A stretch of DNA of 64,000 bases from an uncultured Acidimicrobiaceae bacterium (GCA_964617995.1 CAZTXD010000002.1:4862-68861), one strand, 5' to 3'; positions 42,709 through 51,974 are shown, numbered from the stretch's first letter. The notes: a model not told the origin generated them from the letters alone. A program made the numbers and translations.

Positions 42709-43844
42709 GCAGACACCAGCGGGAGACCGTGAATATGGCCCTACTCGTGATGGCGGTGGTCCTGGCGATGCTCGGTGTGTTGGCCGGTGTCTTTTTCGGC
42801 GGGCTGGAGCCGGGCGACGAGCTGTGGCCACTCGGATGGGTGATGTGGGCACCCGTCGGCGCTCTCATCCTCTGGAGACGGCCCAGCAACGGAGTCGGAA
42901 CGATCATGCTGGCCATCGGCCTGTGTTGGGGGCTCGGCTTCCTTGCAGTTGCGTTGGCCGAAAGCCCGGCTCAGTTAGGCGTCCGGGTGTGGGCCGAGCT
43001 GGTCAGTCTCCTGCTCGGTGTGCTTCCCTGGCTCGGGATCATCTGGCTCCTTCTCGTCTTCCCCACAGGACGGCTTCACGGGCGTCTGGAGCGGATCACA
43101 GGGCTCGGGTTGTTGGCGCTCGCCATCCTCGGGGTCGTCTCCTTTGCGAGCAGCCCTGAACCCATGGAATCGACGGGTGTGCAGAGTCCGCTCGCCGTAC
43201 CGTGGATGGAGTCCTTGACCACCTGGTTCATCAGCGAGAGCGGGTTTCTCGTCGTGATCGTCGTCATAGCGGCTTCCATCGTCTCGCTGGCTCTTCGCTG
43301 GCACGCGAGCAGCGGGATCGAAAGACACCAGTACCGATGGCTCCTCCTCGGGGCACTCTTGTTCGTCTCGATCCTCGGCATTGGTCAGGTGGTCCCCGAA
43401 GACAGCCTCGCCGGGTTCACCTGGGTCGTGGCCGGGGCCGCCATACCGGTGTCTGTGGGCGTCGCCGTGTCTCGATACCGCCTGTTCGAGATCGATCGGA
43501 TCATCTCTCGGACGGTGTCGTATGCGTCGGTGGTTGCGGTGCTGGCTGCCGCGGTCGCCGGCGTAGCTGCCCTGGCGGGCTCCCAGTTCCAGGAGCCCTG
43601 GGTGGTGGCCGCCACCACGCTCGGGGTGGCGGCCACGTTCAATCCGGTGCGGAAGCGAGTTCAGAGCATCGTCGATCGTCGATTCAATCGATCGAAGTAC
43701 GACGCCGAGCGGGTGGTCGCCGAGTTCGCCGGGTCGTTGCGTGACCGTGTCGACACCGACGAAGTGGTCGAGGGCTGGCTCGGTGTTGTCGACTCGACGA
43801 TGGAACCGGCAGCCGTCGGCGTGTGGCTGAGGGGGGCACGATGA
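42705..43844 (+). CDS. Polytopic membrane protein, paralogue 3
   Basis: GTG overlapping upstream stop (GTGA) or ATG 42735; motifs FPTGR, RHQYRW, RYRLFEIDRIISRT, DRRFNRSKYDAERVVAEF, GVWLR. Confidence 0.8.
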   Translation: MSRHQRETVNMALLVMAVVLAMLGVLAGVFFGGLEPGDELWPLGWVMWAPVGALILWRRPSNGVGTIMLAIGLCWGLGFLAVALAESPAQLGVRVWAELVSLLLGVLPWLGIIWLLLVFPTGRLHGRLERITGLGLLALAILGVVSFASSPEPMESTGVQSPLAVPWMESLTTWFISESGFLVVIVVIAASIVSLALRWHASSGIERHQYRWLLLGALLFVSILGIGQVVPEDSLAGFTWVVAGAAIPVSVGVAVSRYRLFEIDRIISRTVSYASVVAVLAAAVAGVAALAGSQFQEPWVVAATTLGVAATFNPVRKRVQSIVDRRFNRSKYDAERVVAEFAGSLRDRVDTDEVVEGWLGVVDSTMEPAAVGVWLRGAR

Positions 43845-44977
43845 ATCGATCCCCGATGGCGTCGATCGGATTGGCCCTGACCTTCGCGATGGTCGCTGGA
43901 ATGGTCACCGTCGCTGCGGTCGGTGGCCAACTGGTGGCAACGTACCTGGTGGCGGGGCTGCTGATGTCGATCGTCGGTTGGCGAATACTGATATCGCATC
44001 CCCGTCATGGCGTGGGTCGCCTGCTGATGGTGGCCGGAGTCTCGGGCACCGCCCTCTCGTTCTGCATGCCGTACGCGCAGCTCTCCTTGTCGAGTGGGCG
44101 GCTTCCGGGGGAGTGGGTAGCAGCATGGGCCGGTTCGTGGATCTGGGCGGTCCAACTCGCATGCCTGCCGGCCTTGCTATTCGTCTATCCGTCGGGACGG
44201 GCATTGGGGAGGTGGCGATGGGTCTTCAGGGTGTGGGTGGCGGCTGTGGCTGCGGTCATCTTGACCGGCGCCGTGCAGCTGGTTGGGACCAGCGCCGGTG
44301 AGATGGTCGCCCAAGCCCGGCCCGGTGCTCCCGAGCTTCCCGAATATCGGTTTCTCAACGACGCCGCGCCATTGCTGATCATGTTCCTGGGCTTTCCCCT
44401 TGGGGGCGTTTCCTTCTCGCGACGTTGGGTAGGCGGGGGTCTGGAGACTCGTCACCAGATGAAGTGGCTGGCTCTCGGCCCCGTGGCGATGGCGATGGCC
44501 CTGGTGACGATGGAGGTGCTGGACGCACCGCCGGTGGTGTCCGGCGTGGCCTGGGCCACCGCACTGACCGTGTTCCCCCTTGCGATCGGTATGGCGATCC
44601 TCCGCTATCGCCTCTACGACATCGACCGGATCATCTCGAGGACGGTCTCGTATGCCCTGGTCGTTGGACTGCTCGCCCTGGCCGTAGCAGCGGTGGCGGC
44701 CGTCGCCGGGTCGCAGTTCGAGACTCCCTGGGTGGTGGCGGCGACCACTCTGGCGGTGGCTGCAATGTTCAACCCGCTTCGGCGGAGGGTTCAGGGATGG
44801 GTGGACCGTCGTTTCAACCGGTCTCGATACGACGCCCAGCGGGTGATGGACGACTTCGCCGGCTCGCTCCGGGACCCGGTCGATGCTGATGGTGTGATCG
44901 ACGGCTGGGTGTGGGTAGTGAGGGGCACGATGGAGCCGGGGGCCATCGGAGTCTGGGTCAGGGACCACCCCGAATGA
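43841..44977 (+). CDS. Polytopic membrane protein, paralogue 4
   Basis: ATGA overlap; motifs YPSGR, RHQMKW, RYRLYDIDRIISRT, DRRFNRSRYDAQRVMDDF, GVWVRD. Confidence 0.8.
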   Translation: MNRSPMASIGLALTFAMVAGMVTVAAVGGQLVATYLVAGLLMSIVGWRILISHPRHGVGRLLMVAGVSGTALSFCMPYAQLSLSSGRLPGEWVAAWAGSWIWAVQLACLPALLFVYPSGRALGRWRWVFRVWVAAVAAVILTGAVQLVGTSAGEMVAQARPGAPELPEYRFLNDAAPLLIMFLGFPLGGVSFSRRWVGGGLETRHQMKWLALGPVAMAMALVTMEVLDAPPVVSGVAWATALTVFPLAIGMAILRYRLYDIDRIISRTVSYALVVGLLALAVAAVAAVAGSQFETPWVVAATTLAVAAMFNPLRRRVQGWVDRRFNRSRYDAQRVMDDFAGSLRDPVDADGVIDGWVWVVRGTMEPGAIGVWVRDHPE

Positions 44978-46119
44978 GCCTTCGTTCCTCGCTGATCGTC
45001 GTGGCCGCGGTGGCATACGTCGTGGCTGCGGTGACCGTCACCCTCATGTCGGGGCCCATTCCGCCGTTCCCGTGGGATCCGTTCTGGCTCAACTGGGTCG
45101 GTTTCCCGGTGGTGGGAGCCCTGATTCTCCTCAAGAAACCGGGGAACAACATCGGCAGGATCCTTCTCGCCGTCGGCGTGACCGTTGCCATCTCCAATGG
45201 GTCCGTGCTCGCCGAGCTACTCGGTGCGCCCCGGTCCGACCTCTACGCGTTGGCCAGCCAGCTCGCCCTGATGCCGATAGCCGTGTTGATCCCGAGCCTC
45301 GTACTCCTGTTCCCAACCGGGTTGATCCCAACGCGATGGTGGCGGCATGGCATCCGGCTTGCCTGGGGCGCCGACGCTCTGCTCATCATGTGGTACATAG
45401 TGCGGCCTCACCCAAACCCAGGGGCAACAGAAGGCGTCTGGCACCCGAACCCACTCGGGGTCGAGGCCTTACGCTCCCTGGAGGGTGCGGTTGTCGGGTC
45501 GGCCGGGGTGGTGTTGGCTGTCTTTGCGGCCGCGACGGTGACCCACGCGGTGGTCAGCTACCGGAGGGGCTCGGCCATCGAGAGGCATCAGGTGAGGTGG
45601 GTCCTGTTCGCCGCGGTGGTGACGCCACTCCTGTACCTCGTCGGCACCTTCCTCGAATCCCAGGTGTTGTGGCTGGGAAACGCATTGGTCGCCTCTGGCT
45701 TGCTCCTGGGAGCCAACGCGGTGGCGGTCGCGATCGGGGTGGCGGTGTTCAAATACCGGCTCTTCGACATCGACCGGCTCATCTCGAGGACGGCTTCTTA
45801 CGGGTTCGTGGTGACTCTCCTCGCGTTCGGGTTCTTCGGGATCTCTGCCCTGGTGGGTTCCCGGACCTCGGAGAGGCCGCTGTTCGTGGCCGCGGCCACC
45901 CTCGTTGCTGCCGCCCTGTTCAACCCGCTGAGAACCCGTATGCAGCGCTGGGTCAACCGACGGTTCAACCGATCGACCTATGACGCCGAGATGGTCATGT
46001 CCGAGTTCGCTGGCTCGCTGCGCGAGGGCATCGACATCGAAGGTGTCATCGATGGCTGGGTGGGTGTCGTGGGAGAGACCATGGAGCCGGGAGCCATCGG
46101 GGTATGGGTCCGGGACTGA
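44974..46119 (+). CDS. Polytopic membrane protein, paralogue 5
   Basis: ATGA overlap; motifs FPTGL, RHQVRW, KYRLFDIDRLISRT, NRRFNRSTYDAEMVMSEF, GVWVRD. Confidence 0.8.
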   Translation: MSLRSSLIVVAAVAYVVAAVTVTLMSGPIPPFPWDPFWLNWVGFPVVGALILLKKPGNNIGRILLAVGVTVAISNGSVLAELLGAPRSDLYALASQLALMPIAVLIPSLVLLFPTGLIPTRWWRHGIRLAWGADALLIMWYIVRPHPNPGATEGVWHPNPLGVEALRSLEGAVVGSAGVVLAVFAAATVTHAVVSYRRGSAIERHQVRWVLFAAVVTPLLYLVGTFLESQVLWLGNALVASGLLLGANAVAVAIGVAVFKYRLFDIDRLISRTASYGFVVTLLAFGFFGISALVGSRTSERPLFVAAATLVAAALFNPLRTRMQRWVNRRFNRSTYDAEMVMSEFAGSLREGIDIEGVIDGWVGVVGETMEPGAIGVWVRD

Positions 46120-46444
46120 TCACCCCAATCGTTACCGGCTCATCTCATCTGAGTGGGGATTGGCATATGCGACGCGTGGTGGTGATGGCCCGGTTGGGCG
46201 GGAGCGATGTCGCCGGCGTAGCGGAGGCAGAGGAGTCAGGAGTGGTCGACGACTCCCACTCCTCGGAAAGTTCGACAGTTGAGGCACACCACCTCCGCGA
46301 TCGCCGGGCGCCCTGCCCGGCCATAATGGCTCCTCTGCCGGCTCCCCGGTTCGCCGGCCTCACCACGCCATCCTCCCCGCAGGTTTGGGACCTGTCCTGA
46401 AGAGGTAAGGGGAGGTGACGTTCGCGGATCTTGGAGGAGCTGTG

Positions 46445-47752
46445 ATGCGACGTGACACCCCTTCTCTCACGCTGCTGGCGGCGGTGCTGGCCCTGCTGCT
46501 GGCCATGGTGCTGCCGGCCGCTGCCCATCCCGCGGAGGACCCCGACGACGGCAAGGCCAAGTCTGGTCTCACCGTGGAGGACATCCAGGCCATGCCCACC
46601 GCCGATTTGGAGGCCATGGGACCTGCCGAGTGTGTCGACGGTATGGCCGCCATCTTTCCCTGTGACAACGTCGACCTGGCCGCCTTCGTCCCACTCGAGG
46701 AGCTGGGTGGGGTCAACGGGAGCGACATCTGGGGGTGGGAGGATCCGCTCACCGGCCGTGAGTACGCCATCATGACCACCGGGGAAGGAACGGCATTCGT
46801 AGACGTCACCGAGCCCACAGCCCCGGTGGTGGTGGGGATCTTGCCCACCGAGAGCGTGGACAACAGGATCCTGTGGCGCGACGTCAAGGTCCACGCCGAC
46901 CACGCCTTCATCGTGTCCGAGATCGGGACCCACGGCATGCAGGTATTCGATCTGACCCGGTTGCGCGGCGTCGCATTGACCCCCGCCCTCTTCACAGCAG
47001 ACGCCGTATACCGCGGGTTCGGCAACGCCCACAACGTGGCTGTCAACCCCGACACCGGTTTCGCCTACGCCGTGGGCTCCAACACCTGCGACGGAGGCCT
47101 GCACATGGTGGACGTCCAGGACCCGAAGAACCCCACGTTCGCCGGCTGCGCCGACGAAGACGGCTACGTCCACGACGTGCAATGTGTCATCTACGAGGGT
47201 AAGGACGGCCGTTTCCGCGGCCGGGAGATCTGCTTCGGTTCCAACGAGGACACGGTGACCCTCTACGACGTCACTGACAAGGCCAACCCCGTTGTCCTCT
47301 CCCGCACCGGCTACCCCAGCGCCGCCTACACCCACCAGGGCTGGCTGACGCCGGACCAGCGCTGGTTCCTGTTCGGCGACGAGCTGGATGAGCTGAACGG
47401 CACGGTGGGCAACACCACCACCTACATCATGAAGGTGGAGAAGCTGGACCGGCCGGCGCGGGTGACCCCATTCACCCACTCGACGCGAACCATCGACCAC
47501 AACCTCTACATCCACGGCCCCCACGTCTATGAGGCCAACTATGTGGAAGGCTTGCAGATCCTCTCCTACGACCGCAAGACCCTGGAGAAAGGCGAGCTGA
47601 CCCGGGTCGGCTACTTCGACGTGGTGCCGGGCGTGGACGAGGCGGTTTTCGGGGGCGCGTGGAGCAACTATCGCTTCGACTCGGGGACCACGGTGGTCAG
47701 CGCCATCGAGAGCGGTCTCTTCGTTCTCATTCCCGATCTCGCTGGGTCCTGA
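46445..47752 (+). CDS. Secreted LVIVD-repeat beta-propeller protein (choice-of-anchor B-like)
   Basis: Signal peptide MRRDTPSLTLLAAVLALLLAMVLPAAAHP; repeats '..GLHMVDVQDPKNP', 'TVTLYDVTDKANP', 'GLQILSYD'. Confidence 0.65.
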   Translation: MRRDTPSLTLLAAVLALLLAMVLPAAAHPAEDPDDGKAKSGLTVEDIQAMPTADLEAMGPAECVDGMAAIFPCDNVDLAAFVPLEELGGVNGSDIWGWEDPLTGREYAIMTTGEGTAFVDVTEPTAPVVVGILPTESVDNRILWRDVKVHADHAFIVSEIGTHGMQVFDLTRLRGVALTPALFTADAVYRGFGNAHNVAVNPDTGFAYAVGSNTCDGGLHMVDVQDPKNPTFAGCADEDGYVHDVQCVIYEGKDGRFRGREICFGSNEDTVTLYDVTDKANPVVLSRTGYPSAAYTHQGWLTPDQRWFLFGDELDELNGTVGNTTTYIMKVEKLDRPARVTPFTHSTRTIDHNLYIHGPHVYEANYVEGLQILSYDRKTLEKGELTRVGYFDVVPGVDEAVFGGAWSNYRFDSGTTVVSAIESGLFVLIPDLAGS

Positions 47753-47957
47753 GGCCTGGGGGGTGGGCCGGTAGTGGGGCCGGTCCACCCTCTGGGATGA
47801 GTGGCGCCGATAGACCGGTGCCCGGTGGCTCAACACGATCGTGGAGTGCCGGATTGACCCATTCGTCGACACGTTCCGTGAGAGGCCGGATGAAGTCGGT
47901 CCTCTCGTAACGCTCCCGTACCGGTCGTGTGGCATATCTGGGAGCGAAAGGAGCGAC

Positions 47958-48476
47958 ATGATCCACTACATGTTCGAGACAGAGTGGGTGCTGACGGCAC
48001 CGGTCGAGCGGGTGTTCGAGCTTCTTTCCCATCCCGAGGGTTACGCCTCGTGGTGGCCGTCGGTGAGAGAGTCGGTACTCCTGGAAGAGGGTGACTCCCG
48101 AGGCGTAGGTAGGAGCGCCTCGTTCACGGTGCACGGTCCGTTGCGATCAACTCTGCGCCTTCAGCTGAGGGCGATCGAGGTCGATCGCCCCCGTCGGGTC
48201 CACAACGTCGTCCGAGGAGACCTGGTCGGCACCGGGACACATCATCTCGAGGCGCATCCCGACGGCACCCGAGTGAGATTCCACTGGTATGTGTCGACCA
48301 CGAGAGCCTGGATGAGCACGGTGGCCAGGATCGGCAGGCCGTTCTTCGCCCTCGCTCACAAGTACGTGATGCACCAGGGTTGCGAGGGGATGGCCAAATA
48401 CCTCGGGGCGAGGCTCCTGATGGCCAGGTCGACGGTGGTCGACTCACCGACCCCGATTCCGGTGCCACAGAGTTAG
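47958..48476 (+). CDS. SRPBCC (polyketide cyclase/dehydrase-like) family protein
   Basis: ATG 47958 after AAAGGAG; 172 aa with 'WVLTAPVERVFELLSHPEGYASWWP' typical SRPBCC N-terminus. Confidence 0.65.
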   Translation: MIHYMFETEWVLTAPVERVFELLSHPEGYASWWPSVRESVLLEEGDSRGVGRSASFTVHGPLRSTLRLQLRAIEVDRPRRVHNVVRGDLVGTGTHHLEAHPDGTRVRFHWYVSTTRAWMSTVARIGRPFFALAHKYVMHQGCEGMAKYLGARLLMARSTVVDSPTPIPVPQS

Positions 48477-48552
48477 ATTGCGGTCGTGAAGGATTCCTGT
48501 TGAACCGGGGAGTCGTAACGATCTCGGGACGGTTTCGAGGGAAGATGAGGAG

Positions 48553-50142
48553 ATGTTTCAGGTGAGAAATCGCCCCAAGAAGACCAAGGCGACCCGTGAA
48601 GAGTCGTTCTCACCCGCACCGGCTTCGAAGACACGCCACGTCGACGCCATCGAGATACCACCAGGCGACACCCTGGAGACGATCCTGTTGTCTGCCGGTG
48701 GCCCGGTGGAAGTCGCCGGCATCGAGGTCGAGTCGGACACCATCGACCGATTGCGTGAGCAGGAAGTCGAGCTGGTCGTTCCCCTCATCGGCCAGGGGGA
48801 GCTCCTCGGCGCTCTCTATCTAGGCCGTCGTCTCTCCGATCAGCCCTACTCGACCGACGATCGACGTCTTCTTGGCAACCTCGCCTCTCAGGTCGCTCCC
48901 GCGATGAAGGTGGCCCAGCTCGTCCGCGAGCAGCAGACCGAAGCGAAGGAGAAAGAGCGCATCGAGCAGGAGCTCAAGGTGGCCGCCCTGATCCAACAGA
49001 CCCTGCTCCCCAAGGAGCTGCCCTCGATCAACGGCTGGAATGTAGATGCCTTCTACCGGCCTGCCCGTGCCGTGGGTGGTGACTTCTACGACTTCATCGA
49101 GTTGGGAGATCATCGTCTCGGAGTCGTCATCGGAGACGTCACCGACAAGGGCGTGCCAGCGGCGCTCGTGATGGCCACCTCCCGCTCGATGCTGCGTGCC
49201 GCCGCACTCCAGCACGACTCCCCATCCGAGGTGCTGGCAGCAGTCAACGAGAACCTCGTGCCCGAGATACCGGACGCGATGTTCGTGACCTGTCTGTACG
49301 CGATCATCGACACCGAGGTCGGCGAGGTCGTCTTTGCCAATGCCGGGCACAACCTTCCATACGTCCGGACCAGCGAAGGAGTCCTGGAGCTACGGGCGAC
49401 AGGGATGCCTCTGGGACTCATGCCGGGCATGATTTACGAGGAGCGAACGCACGGTCTTGGAGACGGCGATGTAATGGTCCTGACCAGCGACGGTATAACC
49501 GAGGCACACAGCCCGCAAGGCGAGATGTATGGCTTCTCTCGGCTGATGGGACGGGTCGCCAAGAAGACCAGAGGCGAGGACATCTGCAGCGCCCTCGTCG
49601 CGGATCTGGAGAGCTGGACCGGGCCGGGCGCCGAGCAGGAGGACGACATCACCCTGGTGGTCATCCGGCGAACCGCATCGGCCAGTGCGTCTGCGGGCGC
49701 CTTCGACACCGGCGAGGATGTGCTGATTGAGTTCACGCTTCCCAGTGTCGAGGGCAACGAGCGGCTGGCCATCAAGAGGGTTGCCGATGCGGTCGGTCAT
49801 CTCGGGCTCGACGGCTCGCGGCTCGAGAAGCTGAAGACAGCCGTCGGGGAAACCGTGATGAACGCCATCGAGCACGGAAACGAGAACAACCCCGAGCTCG
49901 ACGTCGCGGTGAAGGTGGCGGTGAGCCCCGAGCGCGTGATCGTGCGCGTCGTAGACGAGGGTGGCGTCGAGGATATCCCCGAGGCGGCCACCCCCGACCT
50001 GGAAGCAAAACTCGCCGGGGAGCAACCCCCGAGGGGCTGGGGGCTCTTTCTGGTCGAGCAGATGGTGGACGAGGTCAACACGTCCCGTGAGAACGGGCAT
50101 CACATTGTCGAGCTGGTCATGAACCGGGGAGGAGAAGCCTGA
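48553..50142 (+). CDS. PP2C/SpoIIE-type serine phosphatase (RsbU-like) fused to RsbW-like anti-sigma-factor kinase (HATPase_c) domain
   Basis: GAF-like remnant, PP2C motifs 'GDFYDF', 'GDVTDKGVPAALVMA', 'LTSDGITEA'; C-terminal N-box 'ETVMNAIEHG', G1 'VVDEGGV', G2 'GWGLFLV'. Confidence 0.8.
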   Translation: MFQVRNRPKKTKATREESFSPAPASKTRHVDAIEIPPGDTLETILLSAGGPVEVAGIEVESDTIDRLREQEVELVVPLIGQGELLGALYLGRRLSDQPYSTDDRRLLGNLASQVAPAMKVAQLVREQQTEAKEKERIEQELKVAALIQQTLLPKELPSINGWNVDAFYRPARAVGGDFYDFIELGDHRLGVVIGDVTDKGVPAALVMATSRSMLRAAALQHDSPSEVLAAVNENLVPEIPDAMFVTCLYAIIDTEVGEVVFANAGHNLPYVRTSEGVLELRATGMPLGLMPGMIYEERTHGLGDGDVMVLTSDGITEAHSPQGEMYGFSRLMGRVAKKTRGEDICSALVADLESWTGPGAEQEDDITLVVIRRTASASASAGAFDTGEDVLIEFTLPSVEGNERLAIKRVADAVGHLGLDGSRLEKLKTAVGETVMNAIEHGNENNPELDVAVKVAVSPERVIVRVVDEGGVEDIPEAATPDLEAKLAGEQPPRGWGLFLVEQMVDEVNTSRENGHHIVELVMNRGGEA

Positions 50143-50477
50143 TGTCAGGCGAGGAGTTTTCCGCCATGGTGAAACGGTCCGAGAAGGGCTCGGTGATCGA
50201 GCTGGTCGGCACCGTCAACCGGACGTCGAAGGAAGGGATGGAGGCCGCGTATGCGGAGGCATCACGGTCTCCGGGCGAGATCCTGCTCGACTTCAACCGA
50301 GTCGACTACATCAATTCCACCGGTATCGCGATCATCGTCGGGGTGCTGGCGATGGCCCGTGCGGAACAGCGGGAGGTGGGCGCGTTCGGTCTCACCGATC
50401 ATTACAAGGAAGTCTTCGAGATCACCCGTCTCGCCGACTTCATCCACATCTACGAGGACACGACGTCAATCAACTGA
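50142..50477 (+). CDS. STAS-domain anti-sigma-factor antagonist (RsbV/SpoIIAA-like) 1
   Basis: 111 aa; ATG overlaps upstream stop; 'LDFNRVDYINSTGIAIIVGVL'. Confidence 0.8.
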   Translation: MSGEEFSAMVKRSEKGSVIELVGTVNRTSKEGMEAAYAEASRSPGEILLDFNRVDYINSTGIAIIVGVLAMARAEQREVGAFGLTDHYKEVFEITRLADFIHIYEDTTSIN

Positions 50478-50491
50478 GAGAGGGGAAGGCG

Positions 50492-50836
50492 ATGCCGACA
50501 GCGAATCTGACCATGAACATCCGGGAGGTATCCGAAGGGGTACGCGTCATCGACGTAGTCGGTGAGATCACTACCTTCTCGGAACAGCAGATCGCCGAGG
50601 CCCACGAGGAGGCGGGCGAGGGGGCGACGGCCGTGATCCTCAACTTCGAAGGTCTCGAGTACATGAACAGTGGCGGTATCGGGTTGCTGGTCACCACTCT
50701 CATCCGGGCCCAGAGAGCTGGTCATGCCTTGCGGGCATACGGTCTGACCGACCACTACCGGGAGATCTTCTCCCTGACCCGTCTCGACGAGGCGATCGCC
50801 ATCTACGTCGACGAAGCGGCGGCCATCGCCGGGTGA
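50492..50836 (+). CDS. STAS-domain anti-sigma-factor antagonist 2
   Basis: 114 aa; 'LNFEGLEYMNSGGIGLLVTTL', paralogous to upstream STAS protein. Confidence 0.8.
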   Translation: MPTANLTMNIREVSEGVRVIDVVGEITTFSEQQIAEAHEEAGEGATAVILNFEGLEYMNSGGIGLLVTTLIRAQRAGHALRAYGLTDHYREIFSLTRLDEAIAIYVDEAAAIAG

Positions 50837-51222
50837 CCCGTGCCGGCTGTACGGCGGGCGGAATGAGTGAGACGACCTTTCGACCTGCCTATAGCAGTTG
50901 GCCCCGTACAACCGGCTCCTCCACGACGTTGTGACGGCCAGGACCGAGGAGCACCCGGCGACACGCCCTTCTCCCGAGGCTCGGCCTATCTGAAGACTGG
51001 GTTCGGCGGTTCTCGTACCCCACCGATCTTTCCACCAGCAGAGCCTTCCATCCAGAGCGCGCCAACCCGGCAAGCCGCGGCCAGGCCGTCCGGTCCCGCC
51101 CCCGCGCGTCGAAGTCGCCATCGACCTGATGTGGCTGTTCGGCGTTACGAACGGATGTCTCGAAGCCCGTAACGATTGCGGAACGACCACCACGTAGAAG
51201 TAGGGGACGAAAGGAGCACGCA

Positions 51223-51903
51223 ATGACCGAACCGAGAGACGCAGGCAACTGGGCGAAGCCGATCGACGAGTTCCACGTCGTAGACCTGGCCGAGGGGGTT
51301 TTCAAAGGCAACGTCGAAGGCAGGAAGCCGACCGGGCCGCTTCAAGGGTTCGGCCAGCTCTGGCAGAAGACCTATCAGGTATCGATACCCGGACCCAGCC
51401 CCGAGGCCGTCATCCAGACCTGGAAGGACCACTTCGGCGACTTCTGGTACCCATCCAACAAGTTCTACGCCCCTGCCGCCGGGATAGCCCCGGGCGAGAT
51501 CGCGGTGGTCGCCGGAGGCCGGGGGCCCACCAAGGTGACTACGGGAGTCCGTGTCATCTACGCCGACGACACCTCATGGTCGTACATGACACCCGAGGGT
51601 CACCCCTGGGCGGCGATCATCACATTCAGCGCCCACGAGGAGGAGGCGGGCACAGCGGCCCGGATCCATCTGCTGGTCCGGGCCAACGACCCGCTCTACG
51701 AAGCCAGCTTCCGGCTCTACACCAGCCGGCTCGAGGACAAGATCTGGACCCACACTCTCACCCGGCTCGCCGCCCATTTCGGGAGTTCGGAGCATATCGA
51801 GCTACAGGCGGCGTTGATCGACAAGAAACGTCAGTGGGCTCAGTTCGGCAACATCTGGAAGAACTCTGCGATCAGGACGCTACTTCGCCGGGATCGCAGG
51901 TAG
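51223..51903 (+). CDS. Hypothetical protein (possibly DUF1990-like)
   Basis: 226 aa ORF preceded by GGGGACGAAAGGAG; family assignment uncertain. Confidence 0.5.
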   Translation: MTEPRDAGNWAKPIDEFHVVDLAEGVFKGNVEGRKPTGPLQGFGQLWQKTYQVSIPGPSPEAVIQTWKDHFGDFWYPSNKFYAPAAGIAPGEIAVVAGGRGPTKVTTGVRVIYADDTSWSYMTPEGHPWAAIITFSAHEEEAGTAARIHLLVRANDPLYEASFRLYTSRLEDKIWTHTLTRLAAHFGSSEHIELQAALIDKKRQWAQFGNIWKNSAIRTLLRRDRR

Positions 51904-51974
51904 TGGGGGAGGCAACCGTTTCTGCGCCGATTCGGGGAGCCTGTAGCTCCTCGAACTGACACAGAACGGCGCAA

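Larger units (their letters stand above)
40361..46119 (+). repeat. Tandem array of five paralogous genes (about 1.15-kb units) with conserved 3' ends
   Basis: Five consecutive homologous ORFs; 3' ~370 bp of each unit strongly conserved at protein level. Confidence 0.85.

Noticed and set aside
46240-46275. 8-bp-stem hairpin (AGGAGTGG...CCACTCCT) downstream of the paralogue array.
   Set aside because: It has a short stem and a 10-nt loop, lies about 120 bp after the stop, and has no U-tract. It is recorded only as a possible weak structure.
50837-51222. 385-bp non-coding gap after the STAS genes, inspected for an sRNA or riboswitch.
   Set aside because: No recognisable conserved RNA motif or strong structure was seen by eye. 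It cannot be evaluated without covariance-model searches.
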